Part shown: piece by piece, positions 22,038-35,065 of the stretch
Position numbering within the stretch: the stretch's first letter is position 1
Layout of the letters: each line of letters begins with the position of its first letter
Source of the DNA: Macrostomum lignano
Taxonomy: Eukaryota
DNA: 64,000 bases
Assembly (NCBI GenBank): GCA_002269645.1
Contig: NIVC01000084.1
Coordinates: forward strand, 124,001-188,000
Direction: 5' to 3'
Position numbers and translations under genes: made by a program
The notes under the pieces: generated by a model
Told to the model about the DNA's origin: nothing
Database searches by the model: none
The model's input: only the letters and a program-made list of their open reading frames with translations

Positions 22038-25000
22038 CCGTGGCGCACAATGAATTAAAACCACTAAGTAAAATTATGTTATTTTTTGCATGTTTGTCTT
22101 TAGGCTAAATTCAAGTATTAAATTGGAAATAAAAGTTGTAGGGATATTATTTTATGGTTTTTGAATGGTGTTTTATAGTTCACTTTCCAGCCATTTTCAG
22201 TTCGAAAAGCTGATATTTGAATGGGAAGCACAGTTTTAGGTTTAACATTGAAATAAGACCATATATGAATACAGTGTACTAGGGAAATAAGTAAAGAAAA
22301 TGCACTGTTATTGTAATGACTTAAAAGTAAGTCTTGACTTACTGTGCGCGTCGATAAGCACCAGGAAGGTGCGGCCGTCGACAGGGCCAGCGAAGTCGAT
22401 GTGTAGCCGGGACCACGGCTCCGATGAGAAGGGCCACGGGTGCACAGGTGCCTTGGGCGGATCGGCCTGGTTGAGCCGGCAGGTTTCGCACGCCTTGACG
22501 GAGTCCTCCACGTCCTTGTCCAGGCCGGGCCACCACACGTAGCTGCGAGCGAGCGCCCGCATGCGGCTGGCTCCAGGGTGGGCCTGGTGCAGTTCGCTGA
22601 GGACCTTCGAGCGGAGGGCGGACGGAACGATGACTCTGGACCCCCAAAGCAGGCAGCCCTGCTCGATGTTCAGCTCGTGCTGTCGGCTAGAGAACGCTTC
22701 GAGGCCCCCTGCAGCTGGGATCCGGGCGCCCGACTGCAGACACAGCAGCACTCTGCCGAGCTGCGCGTCCGTCCGCGTCCTCTGCGAGATCACCTTTGCC
22801 GTCAGGGCTGAACCGACATCTTCGTCGATGAGGAGGCAGTTCACAGCTGGCTCCTCGATGAACTGGGTGCCGAGCGGAAGGTGAGAGAGCGAGTCGCAGT
22901 TGCCGTGCGGCGCCGTGGTCTGAACTCCAGGCTGTAGTCGAAGCTGGCAAGCGGATGGCCCAGCACTGCATGCGAGCTGCGGCGTGTGCCGGGATGGCCT
23001 TGCGCTCACCAAGCAGTCCAAGTAGGGGCTGGTGGTCCGTCACGATGACAAAATGCCTACCGTACAGGAACTGGTGGAACCGGTGCAGGCCGAACATGAT
23101 GACGAGCGCCTCTTTGTCCAGCTGCGCTTAGTTGCGCTGAGCGGGGTCAGGCTGCGGCTCGCGAAGGTAATCGCCTGCCCCTGGCCGCCGATCTTGTGCG
23201 ACAGGACCACCCCCAGACTGTATGGCGAGTCGTCGCACTCCAGGTACAGTGGCAAGTCTGGGTTGTAGTGCACGAGCGCGCCCGAGGACAGCAGCAGTTG
23301 CTTGGACTGCTCGAATGCTCGCTGCTGCGCGTCACCCCAGGACCACTTGGTGTTCTTGGTCAGCAGCTGGTTCATCGGCGCCACTACCGCAGACAGGTGC
23401 GGCATGAACTTCGAGTAGTGGGTCAGCTTGCCGAGGATGGCGCGCAGTTGGCTGACGTCTTTTGGTGCCGGCGCGTTCTGCCACGCGGCGACCTTGTCTG
23501 GCGCTAATCCGAAAGATGGCGCTGGCTAAATTGATGCCGAAGGGAAGTCTGTTGAGCTGAAACAGACCTCGCGGCGTGTTGATGACCAAGTAGGCCCGGC
23601 TCTCCTCGGACAGCGAGCTGTAGAAATGCGTTGAACAAGTCGAGCTTTGTCCACTTGCAGCCTCCGCCGAGCTTGGCGAAGATGTCCTCGATGCGGGGCA
23701 GCGGTTAGTGCTCGGGCTTGGCCGCAGCGTTGAACGTCACCTTGTAGTCGCCGCAGATGCGGATCTCGCCGTTCGCCTTCACTACCGGGACAATGGGAGC
23801 CGCCCAGTCTGAGTGCTTGATGGGCGTGATGATGTCTTGGGTCTCAAGTCGTCTCAGCTCCTCGTCCACCCGCTCCCTCAGAGCGTACGGGACCGGCCTG
23901 GCCTTGAAAAACCGCGGTGTGGCCTGCTCGTCCGACCTGCAGCTTGACTTCGCCATGGCGATAGCATCCGAGTCCGTCAGCGAAGACCTCGGAGAACTGC
24001 TGCGTCAGGTCAGTGGTGTCAGAGCTGGTGCTGACTGAGTTGACCTGAGCCATGATTGCGTGCCAGTCCAGTCTTAGTCGAGCCATCCAGTCTCGTCCTA
24101 GGAGAGCGACACTGCCCTGGGAGATCACGAGCAGCGGGAGGATTGCCTTCTGGCCATTGTGACTGACAGCGACTCTGGCTTGAACTGCTCGTTGGTGTAT
24201 GTGCGTAACACCATCGCCGTTGGCTGTAGATGCTGTCCTGGGAGCCGCTCATCCGCCATTTTCTTTGCGATCAGCGTGACGGCTGATCAGGTGTCCAGCT
24301 CGAACGGGCAGTAACGACCGTCCACCTCCAAAGTGACCGTCAAGGATCGGGACGATCGAGGTCCGACGTAGAGGATCGAGCTCTGGCTGTCACTGTCCTG
24401 GTCCGACGCAGCTGCGGCGGAGTCCAGTTGCTTGACCCTGGCTGACATGCAAACCTTCTGGATGTGGCCTGTCTTCCCGCAGGCGTGGCACTTGGCGTCG
24501 CGGAATTTGCAGCTCTGTCGATCGTGACGGCCACCGCAGCTGGCGCATGGCTGCTGCTGGTGTGGGTGCGGCGACGCTGAGCTGCGAGTCAGGAGCTGCG
24601 GCCTCTCGTGCTTCCTTGCTGATGGCATCCTTGCTGATGGCTGCGACGGTCTCCGGCGTTCTGAGCGCGATCTCGCTCGCTCGCGTAGCGCTGCGCTGCC
24701 TCCATCGATGACACCGTCGCAATCATCAGGGCGTAAGTCAGCTTTGAGATTTCCAGCAGCTTTAAGCGGATGGCGTCGTTCCTGAGACCGAAGACGGCCT
24801 GGTCTCGCAGTCTCTCCTCCAGCGCCGTGCCGAAGTTGCAGTGCAGAGTGGCTGCCTTCAGCCCTGCCAGGAAGGTGGCGAAGTCCTCTCCCGGCAACTG
24901 CATTCTATGCTGGAACTTGAAGCGTGCGGCGATCTCGGATGGCGCGGGAGCGTAATGGTCTTGCAGAATTTTTTTAGGCCGTCGTATGACCTTTCTGAAA

Positions 25001-26546
25001 CCTTGTCTTGCGAAGCACCGTGTAGGCGGTTTCTCCGATGGCAGTGCAAAGTATGGCCACTTTGGTGGGCTCCGCAGTGACTTCAGCGCATACGAAGTAT
25101 TGTTCGAGTCTCTCGATGTAAACTCGAAGTCGGAGTCCCTTGATAACTCCGGAATGCGGCTAAAGGCTGAGCTCGTCGCCATTGTAATGACTTAAAAGTA
25201 AGTCTTGACGTTTCGTCCAAAGCTCTGCCTGGGAGCGGATCCCGTGAGCAGGCAGGCAGTCAGTAAAACTGGAGAGACCGAGGGGGTCGTTTTTGCCGTT
25301 ATATTTCTGGGCTCTGGGGCCCGAACCGTATATGCGAACACGAACGTATGGCGCGAACACGAACGTACAGGGGATGCGTAGCATATGAAGCTATGTGGAG
25401 CGTGCAGTAGCGGTGACTCGGGTGAGTCAGTGAGGGAAACAATCGGTGCTGCTTAGTCAGTGGGAGAACGCATACTGGACCTGCTGCGGAGGGTCCGCAG
25501 CCCAGGCCAGGACAGTTATCCAACAAACTGCTCTAATACTTTGTAGTATGTCCTTTTGAGTTAATCAAAGCATTGAAAACGCCTAGGCATGCTGTCCACC
25601 AGCTTCTGGCACACTTCTGTCAGGATGGCAGCCCACGAGTCCTCAATGATACGGTCAGCTGATCAAGGGAAGTTGGCTGCTGCCTCTGTAGGTCCCGCTC
25701 GACCCAGTTCCACAGATTGTCAGTCGGATTGAGATCTGATGACTGCGCTGGCCAGTCCACGGTGCAGCTGTTGTTCTCAGCAAGCCATGCATGCCTTAAC
25801 AACCTTGGGGTGTGCTTTGAATCGTTGTCCTGTTGAAACTGTCCAACTGCCAGTTGTTCACTGCACCCAGTGGCAGCGCATCTGCTGCCTCTGGTAGGTG
25901 GCTGCTGAGGATGTCACGGTACTTCTGACTGTCCATGATGCCCTCAATGCGAGTTATTGGCCCAGGTCCAGCTCTGGAGAATGCAGCCCACACCATGACA
26001 TTGCCACCTCCATGCTTCATGATACCAATTTGGTTCACCTGGGATCAAATTACTCAACAGCTCGGCGGCGCACACAACGGTGACCATCAGAATCAGTGCG
26101 GGAAAATTTGCTCTCGTCACTCCAGATGTCCTTGGCCCAGTCCTGGGGTGTCCAGCTTGCATGCTGCTTCGCCTAGTTCCAGCGCCGCTTTCGGTTTTTG
26201 TTGTCGGCAGTCTAGCAGCTACCAGACGGCGGCGGACAGTCATGGGGTGCAGCTGGACACCTCTGGGCACCTGAAGTTCACGGCTGATGTCCACAGCGGT
26301 GAGCCGACGGTTGGACTCGGACATTCGCACAATGCGGCGATCCAGTCGGTGGTCAGTTTTCGGTGCCCTGTCAGGTCTTGAGGCATAGCCTGTGCTGCCA
26401 GTGCTCCTGAGGCGCCTGAGTGTTTGCTGGACGCATGTTTTCTACTTTCCCAGCTGCGTTGCTTTGGCACGCTGGGAAACTCCTTGGTCGAACAGGGCCT
26501 TGATTTTCCTACACGACTCAGGCGATAGAGCTCTGCCTTTCCCCAT
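22038..26546 (-). mobile_element. Tc1/mariner (DD34E-type) transposon, degenerate, interrupted by a Gypsy element; transposase pseudogene 25533-26546
   Basis: Minus-strand MGKGRALSPESCRKIKALFDQGVSQRA (HTH), GGGNVMVWAAFS, FQQDNDSKHT, WPAQSSDLNPTDNLW and C-terminal SKGHTTKY*. TA then CCGTGGCGCACAATGAATTAAAACCAC at 22036-22064 looks like one TIR; the other was not found. Confidence 0.85.
22312..25514 (-). mobile_element. Ty3/Gypsy (Mag-like) LTR retrotransposon, internally deleted: 5' LTR 25183-25514, PBS 25172-25181, gag-PR-RT-RH-partial IN, 27-bp 3' LTR stub 22312-22338
   Basis: 5-bp TSD GTTAT at 22307-22311 and 25515-25519; LTR TG..CA; PBS TGGCGACGAG (tRNA-Ser type). Gag with two CCHC-like knuckles, protease FELDT, RT WAAPIVPVVKANGEIRICGDYK, RH YLECDDSPYSLG, IN HPG..YVWWPG..C..C and WSRLHIDFAGP. 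Confidence 0.92.
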
Positions 26547-27089
26547 TTTAGGAGAGTTCGGGATCATTTTGTGTGGAGTAGTATTTAATTAGATGTTTTG
26601 GCATAGCAGAATCAGCAGGGCCACTTTTAAGGCACCTTTAAGCCCAATTAATAACTGGTTTGAATATGCTGTAGAATTCTTTTTTCGAAATAACTCGTAT
26701 TTATACAATAGCCTACAATACATATGTCTCTATAGAGGCATGGCCCCGTACGAACTCTTTATCGAAGCAATGGGTCGGTTGCGTCATCTAAGTCTCTGTC
26801 CAAGTCTGTCCCCTAATACAAGACTGTGTTGAAGCGATACACTATCTGTTTCTATTGACAGTGAGGATGATACAAGACGGCTTGTCGCACTTTATTTGGT
26901 AATTACCGTACGCGTAAACCATGCCATAGCAGATGCTGCTGTACACTTACATACTCTCACCCTTGAAGCTCCTACGCGCTAAATCAAATATATTGCACAC
27001 TTTGCATGTTGAACCAACCTTAATTCTAACTCTAACTCTAACTCTAAATCTAACCATATTCAAAATTTTATTCAGGACTCATGAGCTTG

Positions 27090-28040
27090 GCAGGATCCAA
27101 AGTGGAAGAGCTGCGGTCAGCCTTGATCAGTGCTGTGCGATGCGGCGGATCTCCAAGCATGAGCTGTAGAAGCTGGTGGGCAAGCTCAACTGGGCCTGCC
27201 AAGTGATCGGCAACGGCCGGCCGTTCCTGCGCGCCCTGATCGACCGCGTCGGCAACCTGTCAAGCCCAAAGGATCGGCTGTCGGTGGATGACCAGTTGAA
27301 GAGCATCCTCGGCTGGTGGAAGGTGGCATTGCGGCAGCAGCGAGGTCGTGAGATTTGGCACACGGGCAGGATACCAGTTGCCATGGAGACGGACGCCTGC
27401 CTAGTGAGAGCAGCAGCTATTTTGCGTTGGTTTTGACTGGTGCTACCTGAGGTGGGATTCTGATGCTGTTGGCATCTTCAACCAGTGCTGCATCACAAGG
27501 AGGTTGCTGCGGTCAACTGCACAACTACCAGGTCGCCGTCTTCCAGGAAGCCCCGGTTTCTGCGGTTGCTGAAACCTGTTACTCTGCTTTGCCTGAAGCA
27601 GAACGTTATTGTTATCGTCCATCGCGTGCCTGGCTAGTTCCAGCTGTTTGATGATGCAGTTTCCCTCCTGCACTGCCGAAGGAATTGCTGAATTTAGTGT
27701 TGCGAGCCTATGCAACATGTTGTGTTTGCCCGCAAAAGGTTGCCCTTCCACCGCCTCCAGTTGAACTCCAGTTTCCACTTTGCAACTGTGGGTGACGAAG
27801 CGAGCACTAATATCCAGGAGGATTTTAGGAATGCACATGAAAACTTTATTTGGGCCTGATCGATGTTACATCATCAATCAACTACTTAGCTGCAGGGCTA
27901 AAGAAGGAATGGCAGCCTGTGAAGACCAGGGTCAAGTGTCCAGGTGCAGGAGATACTTCAAAGTCGAGTGCTCGTCTGTCCTCGCCTGTAAGTCGCCTGC
28001 AGAGTCAAGAAGAGCACCTCGTGCACTGGCTGTGAGCAGG
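27090..28040 (+). mobile_element. DIRS-type (tyrosine-recombinase retrotransposon) remnant: RT/RNase H plus probable YR start
   Basis: KLVGKLNWACQVIGNGRPFLRALID..LGWWKVAL..METDAC, then HHKEVAAV..LLCLKQNVIVIVHRVPG*FQLFDDAVS, matching the DIRS RT-RNase H connection. Confidence 0.75.
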
Positions 28041-28554
28041 TAAGACTTAGAGGTGACGATGTGGCCTTAAAACTGAAGTCGCTACACCTAGCTGAGGCAA
28101 AATTAATGACGTATAAAAAAGCGTGTACTTTTTTTACACAAATCTGTGGATCTTTACATTTTTATGCAAGCAATCAGGGCCTATTCAAGATGTGGTTGAG
28201 TTTTTAAATGTTTTAATTAATTTTCAAATTTAAAGATAAAGTTATGTATTTACTCAGCTAAAATATAAACATAACACAACAGATTTTGAAGTGAAAAAGT
28301 GAAATAATAATCATCTTAGCTCGTATAAAGCAATTAAATACGATTGTCATAAAAATTCCTAAAAATTGTTTTAAAAGAAAATGTTACAAAAACCTGCATG
28401 CAACGTTATGCAAGTTTATGGAATTTGAATGGAATTTGAATTTTTTATTAGAAGTGAATTTACATATTCTAAAAGGAATGCACATGCCATTTGAAGAGAT
28501 AGGAAAAAGTTACTTAGCTACGAGAAAAATTGTGATATTTTAAATTCAAAATCG

Positions 28555-28647
28555 ATTTCTTCGTGGCACTGTTAACGTAAAACTATCACGTGTACCACGT
28601 GAGACAAATATTTTTAAGAATTTAAATTCAAATTTTTTCCATAAAAG
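28555..28647 (+). promoter_or_regulatory. Putative WSC-2 promoter: ACGT/CACGTG motifs plus TATA-like CATAAAAG
   Basis: TTTCTTCGTGG, AACGTA and two CACGTG (28587, 28596); CATAAAAG at 28640-28647. Collinear with the WSC-1 promoter. Confidence 0.55.
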
Positions 28648-28708
28648 AGTTGAGGCCTCGATGCTGCTAAAATAATTTTTTATTAAACGATTGAACCAAA
28701 AGGCAATC

Positions 28709-29821
28709 ATGCTGTACATTACTTTCGGTGTGATTCTTCTCGTTGCTGTTGAGGGAGTCTTCGTAGCTAATGGTGAGAGACTCAGTGTTTGTATGAGTTG
28801 TTATACTGCGTACATAATGAATATTCGAATTTTTACATAGGTAGTAATGCTGAAGTTTGCACTTTCTTTTACCCATTTACCCTTTTACCCATTCTTTGTA
28901 CTCATCCAACTTTTTGCATTAAAGCTTGAAAACCACTGATTATCAAGTACCCACTATTGCACTATTAAATTAAATCGCAAGCCGCGACGACGTTTACTGC
29001 CTGGGTCTTCTTCCCGCTTTTTTTGCTGGCTAAGGCAGATTTTAGTAGTTTGTTTAAATGCAGTTTTTTTATGTAACTGTGTGAGTATATGACACAGTTG
29101 AGTAAATACGTATCTAATCTATAAAAACATTTCAGAAAACTATGTGGGTTGCTTTGTGCATCGTATTAATGATCAGTGGGCGCTAAAATTTTTTAGCCAA
29201 AACTTCACTAAAATGGCTCCTTATCTCTGTTTGCCAAATTGTCAAGTTATGGATCAAAAGTTTTTTGGAATAACCAAAAATCAATGCTTTTGTGGAAACG
29301 AACTCCATAGTATTGAAGTGCCTCGCTATCGATGCAATCAAAGATGTAGTGGAAAACAAGAGACAAGATGTGGTGGTTTGAATGTTATGAGCGTCTACAA
29401 GGTGACAGGTGTTACCATTCCATTGGTGCCAGGTAAGTTGAGATGTTCTTACTACATGTCATCTAGTAAGTATCAAGTGAGCCGCCAAAAGAATTATTGA
29501 GTCGCGCTCCATTTCGCTATTTCAGCACCGTCAAAAGGATGCTTTTTTTGGTCCCCTACGGAAAGGGTGCTACATAAAGAAGTAAAAAAGAATTTCCAAG
29601 TCATGAACCAAAAAGAATGTGCTTCAAGTTGTTTTAAAATCTACAGAAAATTATTTGGTCTAGCAAACGGCAACCGATGCTACTGTGGCAATCAAATACT
29701 TAATGGAAATCCGATGGCGAAAAGATTTTGTAACCAGCAATGTCAGAATGCCCAATACGGACAAAAATGTGGAGGACCACTAGCAATTGAGATATTTGAT
29801 TTAGTTCCAACAGAATCCTAA
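28709..29821 (+). CDS. Secreted tandem-WSC-domain protein 2 (exons 28709-28772, 29136-29432, 29526-29821; 218 aa)
   Basis: Signal-like MLYITFGVILLVAVEGVFVAN; phase-1 GT-AG introns; 64+297+296=657 nt; two 8-Cys WSC domains. The 3' part of intron 1 is also similar to that of WSC-1. Confidence 0.9.
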
Positions 29822-31575
29822 TGTAACTAAATTGGTTCACGACTGACTGAACTGGACTTGACTGAAAATTTAATCCCAATAACTGATAATAAAATGCACT
29901 CTTAGCATCACAGAACACAGGTATTCTGTGCTTAGCAATACTTGCGAAGGCATGGTCTTTAGCCGTATTAGTCTTGTTAGTGTTCAAACCATTGACAAAT
30001 GCGCTTCTTACACAATAACAAGTCATTTAAAACACGCACTAGGGAGATACAATGATTCTGCCAAGAAATGGGACCAGTTTCCCTCAGTAGGTGCGCAGCT
30101 GTGTGTTGGCAGGTTCTGGCTTTGGCAGGCCTTAGATGGCACTAGCGACATACAATGGAAGATTTATATATCGATCGATGCTGCGTGATTTAAATGTAAA
30201 GATTCTTGAACGCTAACGAGCTAGTGCGTCATCGGCAAACGCACGAGTCTTTTTTGCCATGGACGCACTCGTTAGCGTTAAAAATCTCATTCTTAATTGA
30301 CTCTCATAATCATAGAGCATGAAGTTCAAACATAGACGAAATCAATCCTGTACTTTATTATTTATTGTGTTTTCAATTTCTAAAAAGTAATTTCAATCCT
30401 TCACCTATGATGCATTAGACCTATATGAGATTTTGCCATTGACAAAATCAATTCTGCACGCTTGAGCGTGCAAGACCACAGCCATTCTGCACGCAGAATC
30501 AAATAAGAATGGTCTTGGACAATAGAAAATTTTATCACAAGGCATTGATATACTGTATTAGTGTAACTGTATTTCAATAGTATATTTCATAGACAGCTGC
30601 GTTTCTTACACGCTGCACTGGATGGCCGTCACCCAGAGACAACTCTTTTTCACACTAACTGTATGACTATAAGAAAGGAAAGGAGTAATCCAGATTAATT
30701 GAGATAGCAAATAGAATTTTAGAATGGAGCCTGCTCTAAAATAGATCTCCAGCTAGATTTGCGAGCCTTTCCAAACAAAATGCCAAGATGCGCCAAATGT
30801 CACAGCCTGTCTCTGTTGCTGCGTTCCGATGGAAAGAATCTGGTATCAGCCGAATCGCGGAAGCGGGTATCCCAGTTCCTGCTTCTGGAGCGGATTCCGC
30901 AAGTATGCCAATAGCTGCCAGGCAAAAGGGCGGGGTTGTTTCAACTATCGAGTCAGTGACAATGGTCAGTCAATCAATACATGTGCCGGCTGCCACTGTT
31001 ACCATGGATTCGGCTTCCAATGGCAATCGACATTTTGTGTTTTATTTCCATGGACCGCTCTACAACTGTGTGTTTCGTGGTGGTGTGTTTCTTGACGTGG
31101 TTGACGGAATCACTGATTTACACTGTGAGTTCACTTTCTAGGAACGGTGTTGAATTTGCTCAGTTTATAACGGGTGTCCCAAAAAAAGGTAACACTTTGT
31201 GCGCTCACTGTGAGTGAGCAGTTAGGCCTATAGCACAGTAATTTAACAGGTCCACAGTAAACATTTGTAAGTTTTTCCCACAAACATTTGGTTGCGAAAA
31301 ATTGCTCCAGAGGCGAGTTATTGAGCACAGAAGTGTACGCTAGCTTTTCTGCCAAGCTTTGCCATACACAGCCTCGGTCACTCTATCAGCCAAATAAATA
31401 AATCCATAGGGGTAATACCATATACTTATTTTGGTCAGATTATAAATCGACGCAGTTGTCTATCGTCCAGACACTGCGTTTCTTACACGCTGCCCACGCT
31501 TTTTTATTGCGTTCAAACCATAGACAACTGCGTTTGTTACACAGTAACAAGCCACTAGCGAGATACAATGGTAGA

Positions 31576-31675
31576 TTGTATAGTATGCAACTGAGTTGAA
31601 TAATGGCCAAAACTCGAGTGCGCGTAGCGCACGAGTGTCTATGGCCATTATTCAACTCAGTTGCATACTATACAA
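31576..31675. repeat. Perfect 34-bp inverted repeat with nested hairpin (mini-MITE-like)
   Basis: TTGTATAGTATGCAACTGAGTTGAATAATGGCCA (31576-31609) is the exact reverse complement of 31642-31675. The loop contains GTGCGC-GTA-GCGCAC. Confidence 0.85.
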
Positions 31676-34600
31676 GTGCATTGTGTGACGTTGCTAGTTT
31701 TAGTGGTCCCGAAAAAGGGCCGTTGGACTATAGTTTCCCTTGCAATTTCTCATTTTAATTTCTCCAATAGTTTATTTTAACGTTTACTTGTAGTAGCGTG
31801 CAAATAATCTGTATCAATTGCTAATTCACTGTGTATTTGGTAGGCCTTGCGCTCGTCTGTGAATTTTGGCACGATCGATAATTTCAAATTCTCTCGCCAG
31901 CCAATGAAGGCTCTCCGTGTTTACGCTACCCCCCTTTTGCGCTCTTTATTAACCCCCGCCTGGCGGCGGGCCCCTCACCTTCGCCCCTTCTCCTGCCTTC
32001 TGTCTGGTTTCGGGCTGCCTCGAGCCCCCTTATCTCTCGCCACGGCTCCTCTGTCTGGGCCAGCCTGTTTACACTGCCTGCCACTGTCTGCCACGGCTAA
32101 CGCCAATCTCACCACTACGCATCTGCCTCTTCTGTGCTCATCGCCGTTACTCACCACGTTGCATCGCCTTGCATCACTCGCCTGCCACTCGACTGCAGTT
32201 TCTAACTCACCTTCAATTCAAAACCATTGTTGCAGCCGCCAGTGTCCCAAAGCGCAATAAGTTCTGTATTGACATTAACCAATTTGAATGTTGATCTCAA
32301 CAATAAATCAACTACGGCAGTTCCCTGCCTTGTACGCCAAGTGCTCCGCTACACAATCCGCTTCTCAAGACTTGACTCGATTCATTTTGGGATTACGACT
32401 TACGACAACTCTCGTAAAACGGCCCTTCTAAGGGTCATAGCCTCTACGCCAATAACGTGACAATTGTATTTATACAATACTTTCACTCAGCGCTCAGTCA
32501 TTATTCCACACTTTTGCGGCCATTATTCCACACTTTTGTCGCTGTCATTATTCCACACTTTTTATCATGCTTCAATTGGGTGTTTTAAGAGTTGTTTTAC
32601 CCATAGACGACTGAGTTGTGTGGCTTAGTTTGACCATAACTATGGCTATGGTGCATCTCGTCAAACAGCCGCGCTTATTAATTGAAAAAATCTTCTTGTC
32701 GACGACTGAACGAACCGTGCGGCGCTACCTAGGAAGAAAACGCGACCATGCAGTCTTCAACGCCTCGACGGCTATAAACGATGCCTGAAAGCGGCCAATC
32801 GATTCAGTCGAGCAGCCGACAGTCCCAAAGAATCCCAGCTTGGATACTGCGGTACCAAAGAAGCTCATCAGACGAAGCTCATCAGTCGCATGCCAACTTA
32901 ACCAAGACGTGCATCTTTCAAATGGTAAGTTCGGCAACTATACTTGAGCACCTGTATTTCTCTTTCATAGAAAACATTCAAGATAGACCAACTCCTTTTG
33001 CAGTGCCAAATCATCAGGCTAAAGTGTCGAGCATCTTTGGAAACTGCGGCTTTGAGAACTGTGCATGTTTCACTTTGGGTGACAAATTGATTTTTACATT
33101 GTCAAATTTCGACTACAAACTGATAAACTGCACTAGCTGTGACATTTATTATTAACTCTTTTCGTGTAGCTGGTACTTTAGTTTTAAAGATTTTTCCTTT
33201 TTGTTCATTTACTTCTTGTTGTTCTGTATTTATTAACAAAAATACTGAGCGATGGATTTTTTCAATCCAAATGTCTATGGTACACATCAAAACTGTGGAA
33301 TAATGGCCAAAATATTTTTTCATTGCGTCTGGGTAGAAGTATAATTACAATGGTTCTATTAATGGATTGGATCGGGGCAAAATGAGCAAAATCCGAGGTC
33401 TGCAAAGCACTTTGACAGGTGCAGGGCCGTCATGGGAGGGACACTGCAGAAAGACACAGACACCAATTTCGCTGATCACTGAACAACCGACGCGTCGCTA
33501 TAGATAATAATAATTATGTTATTAATAATTTTTTTAGTTGCATTTCTGACGGAAGGGGGACTTGCTTTCTCTTTTGTTATCAAGCAATGCATACAGTCTG
33601 TGACAATTAATTGTTTTGCCCGTGGCGGTTAAAAATTTAAAGCAAATGCTTTGAGAAAGCTAATTCCTGCTTGATTTTGCGGGCAAGACTGCTTAAGAAA
33701 CGGCCCATTCTCTGCCCGATATTGGGCTGGGCCATAGACGAAGCCGAACGATTGTATTTAAAACGTTAAAAGTGCAACATTACAAAGAGGACAACAGCAA
33801 CAATTTAATATAGTCTTGTGGTGCAACCCACGCCGTCTTTACAGTACATAGGGTAGTTCAATGCCCAAGTGGCGTTCAGAGGTATTCACTTATAGGAAAA
33901 AAGCACGGGATCCATTTTTCTCTAGTACTGCAGTCAGCAGAACCTCATTAAAGTCCCTTTGTTTGCAGTCAACAGCAGATAATTTTAGGTCGGGCTCAAC
34001 GCTAAAACCAGGCGATTGAAGTTGATTGTCGCTGCTCGCTTCAGCAGAAAGATCATTTGCTAGAGCATCCAACAGGCCTTTGTCGAGCGCCTTGCTGAAT
34101 CCAATTCCAGGCACAGGCAAGCCAGTGTACTGATTGAACATTTGCCCACGGCCACGGGGTTGGCATACAAAGTCGATTTCTTCACGTTGCAACCCAGAAA
34201 TCTCGCCTCCTTCTATACAGGAGTAGTCTATCATGTTATGAGAACGCTCGGGTTAGGAGTTAATTAAATAAATTTTAATAAAAAATTTTGACTACAAGGA
34301 CGACTTAAGTAGAAGGACGGGAAACCTCGTTTCTTAAAAAAGTTTTGAAGGCACTTTTTCCCGAAAAAATACACTACGGAGATAGGAAGTTTTAATTTTT
34401 TTCAGCACAAAAATTGTTATTGCGTTTGATAGGAGGCAGATCCAGTGTTCATCTTTTGATATGTTGTGCCTTTTTTATTGCTCTATCGATATTTATGGAG
34501 CTTTTCGTTCAGAAAATTGGGATTCTATGTTAATTTTTTATTCTACGTATATTTTCGCGTGTCTTGTGCTTGAAATACATTAGAATGCCACGGCTCGGCT

Positions 34601-34723
34601 CTTTAGCTTCATGAGTCTTTTTTATCATTCTTACCCGACTGTGTAGCAAATATTTGTAACAGAGATGATAAAATAGGTTCATAAAACCAAATATTGGAGC
34701 TGTGTCATGCATTTTTGTGATTT

Positions 34724-35065
34724 TTAGATACAGGAAATATATCTGACTTTGTCATTTCCAGAAACTTCGATTCGCATTTTCTTCGCAGAAGCAGTAGAAA
34801 CCGTCGTAGACCCAGTTGTCGGAGCGCCTCCAGCATCACGAGCAGTGGCAACCGTCGGAGTCCTTGAGGTCGAAGCATCTGCAGCACCTACAGCAGAGCG
34901 GCTGATCAGAGCACTCCAGCTCATTTGCTTCTTCACTGACACTCCAACATAGCGCTCAAGAGCAGAGCTCGAATGGCCTGTGACGCGGCAAATGTCAGAC
35001 CGTTGAAGCCCAGCCTCGTCGAGCAGCGTAGCTGTAGTCTTACGCAAATTGCGTACACAGTATCA
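34724..35065 (-). mobile_element. Tyrosine-recombinase C-terminal fragment, Crypton/DUF3504-like
   Basis: RNLRKTTATLLDEAGLQRSDICRVTGHSSSALERY fits the YR box II pattern (HxLR.T.AT.L...G...I...TGH.S..L..Y). Upstream catalytic region not found. Confidence 0.65.

Noticed and set aside
33890-34234. 114-aa minus-strand ORF
   Set aside because: No recognisable motif or splice partner; cannot be supported as a gene from sequence alone.
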